Shown here piece by piece: positions 59,973 through 64,000 of a stretch of 64,000 bases of DNA (its first letter is position 1; each line of letters begins with the position of its first letter). The notes under the pieces are model-generated. The model made no database searches and was not told the origin of the DNA. It worked only from the letters and a program-made list of their open reading frames with translations. A program made the translations under genes and the position numbers. The stretch is from Prevotella sp. GTDB lineage: Bacteria > Bacteroidota > Bacteroidia > Bacteroidales > Bacteroidaceae. The stretch is taken from contig JAFYJN010000048.1 of assembly GCA_017538105.1 (NCBI GenBank), positions 15,234 to 79,233 on the forward strand, given 5' to 3'.

Positions 59973-60575
59973 ATGAACATGGAAGGATTAGACTACAACA
60001 CCCAGCGCGAGGACTTGAAACTCCCTGAGTACGGGCGTGAGATACAGAAGATGGTAGAACATGCCATCTCGCTGCCCACCAAGGAAGAGCGCCAGAAGTG
60101 TGCCGAAACCATCATCGACATCATGCAACGGATGTCACCCCAAAGTCGCGACGGCAACGGCCACAAGCAGAAATTGTGGGATCATCTGGCCATCATGAGC
60201 GGTTTCCGTCTGGACATCGACTATCCGTACGATGTTAGTCAAGCTCTGAAAATTGCCGGTAGGCCCGAGCCCATGGCCTACCCCATGCAGCGCATCCCCG
60301 TACGTCATTATGGGCATCTAGTCTTTGAGTTGTTCGAAAAGTTGAAGACGATGCCTGCCGGTGCCGAACGTGACCAACTGACACGTATGACAGCCAACCA
60401 GATGCAGCGTGACCTTCACCAATGGAGCCATACTTCTGCCGACCATGAGAAAATAGCCGACGACCTGGCGCGTTACACCGACGGAGTGATACAGATTGAC
60501 CCCAACGAGTTTGAGTTTGAGCGTATTAGTTCCAAGGACTTGCAACCCACGGAGAAACGTAAAAAGAAGAGATAG
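59973..60575 (+). CDS. DUF4290-family Bacteroidetes protein
   Basis: LDYNTQR..L.LPEYGREIQKMV, KLWDHLAIMS; usual position before murA. Confidence 0.85.
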   Translation: MNMEGLDYNTQREDLKLPEYGREIQKMVEHAISLPTKEERQKCAETIIDIMQRMSPQSRDGNGHKQKLWDHLAIMSGFRLDIDYPYDVSQALKIAGRPEPMAYPMQRIPVRHYGHLVFELFEKLKTMPAGAERDQLTRMTANQMQRDLHQWSHTSADHEKIADDLARYTDGVIQIDPNEFEFERISSKDLQPTEKRKKKR

Positions 60576-60578
60576 CCT

Positions 60579-61889
60579 ATGCAGTCGTTCATCATAGAAG
60601 GTGGCCGCCGCCTCAGTGGCACGATTGAGCCGCAAGGAGCCAAAAATGAGGCGTTGGAAGTAATCTGCGCCTCACTGCTCACTACAGAGCCTGTTCGCAT
60701 CAAGAACATTCCCGACATTCTCGACGTCAACAACCTCATTTTGTTGTTGGAGAGCATCGGTGTGAAGGTGAAACGTCCTGCCAAGGGCGAGTATATCTTC
60801 CAAGCTGACGATCTCGACCTCGACTATCTACAGAGTGATGAGTTTGTGAGTCGCTGTTCGGCGCTTCGCGGCAGCGTGTTGATGATTGGTCCTCTGCTGG
60901 CCCGTTACCACAAAGCAACAATCGCCAAACCCGGAGGAGACAAGATTGGCCGTCGACGTCTGGACACCCATTTCCTGGGTTTCAAGAGTCTGGGTGCCAA
61001 TTTCGAGCGTGTGGAGGGTCGCGACGTCTTTGAACTGTCAGCCACCAAGTTGAAAGGCTGCCACATGTTGCTCGACGAGGCATCTGTCACCGGCACGGCG
61101 AATATTATCATGGCCTCGGTACTCGCTGAGGGTACCACCACCATTTACAACGCCGCCTGTGAGCCTTACGTGCAGCAGCTGTGTCACCTGCTCAACAACA
61201 TGGGTGCACAAATCAGTGGCATCGCCTCGAACCTCATCACCATAGTAGGTGTGAAAAAACTGCACGGTGCCGAACATAAGGTACTGCCCGACATGATTGA
61301 GGTAGGCTCGTTCATCGGCATGGCTGCCATGGTGGGCGACGGCATACGCATCAAGGACGTGTCGCTAAAGAACTTGGGTATCATTCCTGATGCCTTCCGT
61401 CGTTTGGGCATACGCATCAAGGTCGAGGGTGACGACCTGTTCATCCCCCGTCACAGTCACTATCAGATTGACTCGTTTATCGACGGCACCATCATGACGT
61501 TGGCCGATGCGCCATGGCCCGGACTGACACCCGACCTGCTGTCGGTGCTGCTCGTCGTGGCCACCCAAGCACGTGGCAGCGTGCTCATCCATCAGAAGAT
61601 GTTCGAAAGTCGCCTGTTCTTTGTCGATAAGCTCATCGACATGGGTGCACAGATTATTCTTTGCGACCCGCACCGTGCCGTGGTGGTGGGTCATGACCAC
61701 AAGCTGCGCCTGCGCGCCGGACGCATGACGAGTCCCGACATCCGCGCGGGTATCGCGTTGCTCATCGCCGCAATGAGCGCCGATGGCACGAGCCGCATCG
61801 ACAATATTGCACAGATAGACCGCGGCTATGAAGACATCGAGAGCCGTCTGAACCAGCTGGGAGCCAATATCCAACGTGTGGAATATTGA
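60579..61889 (+). CDS. murA: UDP-N-acetylglucosamine 1-carboxyvinyltransferase
   Basis: GAKNEAL, PGGDKIGRRRLDTH, SVTGTAN, DIRAG, IDRGYE. Confidence 0.97.
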   Translation: MQSFIIEGGRRLSGTIEPQGAKNEALEVICASLLTTEPVRIKNIPDILDVNNLILLLESIGVKVKRPAKGEYIFQADDLDLDYLQSDEFVSRCSALRGSVLMIGPLLARYHKATIAKPGGDKIGRRRLDTHFLGFKSLGANFERVEGRDVFELSATKLKGCHMLLDEASVTGTANIIMASVLAEGTTTIYNAACEPYVQQLCHLLNNMGAQISGIASNLITIVGVKKLHGAEHKVLPDMIEVGSFIGMAAMVGDGIRIKDVSLKNLGIIPDAFRRLGIRIKVEGDDLFIPRHSHYQIDSFIDGTIMTLADAPWPGLTPDLLSVLLVVATQARGSVLIHQKMFESRLFFVDKLIDMGAQIILCDPHRAVVVGHDHKLRLRAGRMTSPDIRAGIALLIAAMSADGTSRIDNIAQIDRGYEDIESRLNQLGANIQRVEY

Positions 61890-61977
61890 TTTGGGGAGAC
61901 AAAGGGAGATAAAAGAAGACAGAGGGAGATAAAAGACATTGGCAGGAATTGGATTCCTGGATGTTATCGGAAATAGG

Positions 61978-62496
61978 ATGATACGCGACGAAGAAGTATA
62001 CAAGATAGGACGCATCGGTAAGGCCCACGGCGTGAAGGGCGAAGTGACCATGCAGGTGGACGACGACGTGTTCGACCGTGTCGATGCCGATTATGTGGTG
62101 TTGCGCATTGACGGCATCCTCGTCCCTTTCTTCTTCGAAGAATACCGTTTCCGCACTGACACCACCGCCTTGGTAAAGTTCTGCGACATTGACGATATGC
62201 AGCATGCCCGCCGTCTGACCGGTTGCGACGTATTCTTCCCCCACGAATTGGCCGACGAAGATGACCAGTTGTCATGGGCTGCCATCATCGGCTACAGCAT
62301 CTGCGATATCAGCAATGGAAAGACTATCGGCACCTTGACGGGTATAGATGACAGCACAGCGAACATCTTGTTCAACGTAGAGACCGCCGACGGAAATGTC
62401 CTATTGCTTCCTGCCGCCGAGCCGCTCATCGAGAGTATCGATAGCGAGACACGACGAATCGACTATAGAGTGCCCGATGGACTCTTAGAGGTTTAA
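61978..62496 (+). CDS. rimM: Ribosome maturation factor RimM
   Basis: IGRIGKAHGVKGEV, C-terminal PDGLL; start at MIRDEEV. Confidence 0.95.
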   Translation: MIRDEEVYKIGRIGKAHGVKGEVTMQVDDDVFDRVDADYVVLRIDGILVPFFFEEYRFRTDTTALVKFCDIDDMQHARRLTGCDVFFPHELADEDDQLSWAAIIGYSICDISNGKTIGTLTGIDDSTANILFNVETADGNVLLLPAAEPLIESIDSETRRIDYRVPDGLLEV

Positions 62497-62506
62497 AGAT
62501 TGAAAA

Positions 62507-63661
62507 ATGAAACAACAGATATGCATACTCGGTTCAACGGGCTCCATAGGCACACAAGCCTTAGAGGTCATTGCCGAGCATCCTGACCGCTATGAGGTCT
62601 ACTGCCTGACAGCCAACCGTAGATATGAACTGTTGGCTGAACAGGCACGTCAATTTCATCCTGCCGCCGTGGTCATCGCCGACGAGCGTTACTACGAGCC
62701 ATTGCAGGGTCTGCTTGACGACCTGCCCGATGTAAAGGTGTACGCCGGACGCCAGGCCTTGGATGAGATTGTCGAGGCCGGCCCCATCGATATGGTGCTC
62801 ACCGCCATGGTCGGTTTCGCCGGTCTGTCGCCAACTCTTCATGCTATTCGCGCTCACAAAAAAATCTGTCTTGCCAATAAGGAGACACTTATCGTGGCTG
62901 GTGAACTGGTTTGCAAACTGGCACAAGAGAACCATGTGCCCATTCTTCCCGTCGACAGCGAACATTCCGCCATCTTCCAGAGTATCGTGGGAGAAGGCGA
63001 CAACGAGATAGAGAAGATTCTGCTCACCGCCAGCGGCGGTCCTTTCCGCACTTTCACGAAGGAGCAGCTGGCCCATGTGACGAAGAGCGACGCACTGAAA
63101 CATCCCACTTGGGATATGGGCGCGAAGATTACCATCGACAGTGCCACGATGATGAATAAAGGGTTCGAGGTGATGGAAGCCTCTTGGCTCTTTGGTGTTC
63201 CCGTCGACCGCATCCAAGTGCTCGTACACCCCCAAAGCATCGTACACAGTGCCGTACAGTTCACTGACGGAGCGGTGAAGGCTCAACTCGGTGTTCCCGA
63301 CATGCGTCTGCCCATACAGTACGCCTTTTCCTTTCCCGAGCGTCTGTCGCTCACCTCTGCCCGTCTCGACCTATTTGCCCATCCGTTGGAGTTTTTCGAG
63401 CCCGACGTGGAGAAATTCCGCTGTCTGGCACTGGCCTTCGAGGCCATGAAACGCGGAGGCAACATGCCTTGTATCGTGAATGCCGCCAATGAGGTGGTAA
63501 ACCGAGCCTTTCTGGAAGACCGCTGTTCGTTCCTCGCCATGGGCGACATCATCGCCAAGACCATGGACCGCGCCACTTTCGACGCGAAACCCGACTACGA
63601 CACCTATGTGGCTACAGACACCGAGGCGCGGCGTATCGCGGAGGAACTACTCACGAACTAA
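62507..63661 (+). CDS. dxr: 1-deoxy-D-xylulose 5-phosphate reductoisomerase
   Basis: LGSTGSIG, LANKE, LPVDSEHSAIFQ, TASGGPF, KITIDSATMMNKG. Confidence 0.98.
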   Translation: MKQQICILGSTGSIGTQALEVIAEHPDRYEVYCLTANRRYELLAEQARQFHPAAVVIADERYYEPLQGLLDDLPDVKVYAGRQALDEIVEAGPIDMVLTAMVGFAGLSPTLHAIRAHKKICLANKETLIVAGELVCKLAQENHVPILPVDSEHSAIFQSIVGEGDNEIEKILLTASGGPFRTFTKEQLAHVTKSDALKHPTWDMGAKITIDSATMMNKGFEVMEASWLFGVPVDRIQVLVHPQSIVHSAVQFTDGAVKAQLGVPDMRLPIQYAFSFPERLSLTSARLDLFAHPLEFFEPDVEKFRCLALAFEAMKRGGNMPCIVNAANEVVNRAFLEDRCSFLAMGDIIAKTMDRATFDAKPDYDTYVATDTEARRIAEELLTN

Positions 63662-63730
63662 AAGCTCATCAACAAAGAAACAATAAACTCAACAACTCAC
63701 AAACTTACGAACTCATAAATTCAACAATAC

Positions 63731-64000
63731 ATGGAAGTTTTTTTGATACGACTGTTACAGTTCATTCTGTCAATATCCTTGCTGGTGCTGCTTCACGAAG
63801 CCGGCCATTTCTTCTTTGCCCGCCTGTTCAAGGTGCGCGTCAGCAGGTTTTACCTGTTCTTTAACCCCAAGTTCCACATTGTCAGCACCTACGACAAATG
63901 GGTGCGCCGTTTGTTCCACATGAAGCCCGAAGTGGTGCCGGAGAAAACCGTGAAGGATAAGGAAGGTAATGAGCGCAAGGCGAAAGAGTATGTGGGTACC
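63731..64000 (+). CDS. rseP: RIP metalloprotease RseP, partial
   Basis: MEVFLIRLLQFILSISLLVLLHEAGHFFFARLF (HExxH); follows dxr and runs off the window. Confidence 0.92.
   Translation, partial: MEVFLIRLLQFILSISLLVLLHEAGHFFFARLFKVRVSRFYLFFNPKFHIVSTYDKWVRRLFHMKPEVVPEKTVKDKEGNERKAKEYVGT

Noticed and set aside
60885-60980. MurA with Asp in place of the fosfomycin-target Cys (PGGDKIG)
   Set aside because: Real, but this is the usual Bacteroidetes form and not novel.

Overview
Chromosomal window from a Bacteroidales bacterium, most likely Prevotella-like (SusC/SusD, PorU/PorV, TAnnTTTG promoter boxes). 1-14.6 kb is a starch/maltodextrin utilisation locus: GH77, PAP2, MFS, LacI, SusC/D/E/F and a secreted GH13. 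A secreted GH53 follows. 16.2-27.6 kb is an accessory, defence-island-like block with a degraded antitoxin-like fragment, a 382-bp MITE with a 9-bp target-site duplication, an intact WYL + two-paralogue + Pif1-like helicase module, and an AT-rich XRE + two AAA/STAND-like NTPase genes that are each broken by one lesion. The rest is mostly core: ABC transporter, nadK, DJ-1, recG, M23, glycosyltransferases, ispF, porV/porU, tsf-rpsB-rpsI-rplM, polysaccharide genes, an OMP with a membrane-anchored wHTH regulator, trkHA, nadD, gmk, yicC, tsaB, murA, rimM, dxr, rseP. The best candidate for an undescribed system is the WYL/paralogue-pair/helicase module at 17.1-21.3 kb. No tRNA, rRNA, CRISPR array or integrase was recognised. 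All family calls come from motif recognition by eye, not database searches.
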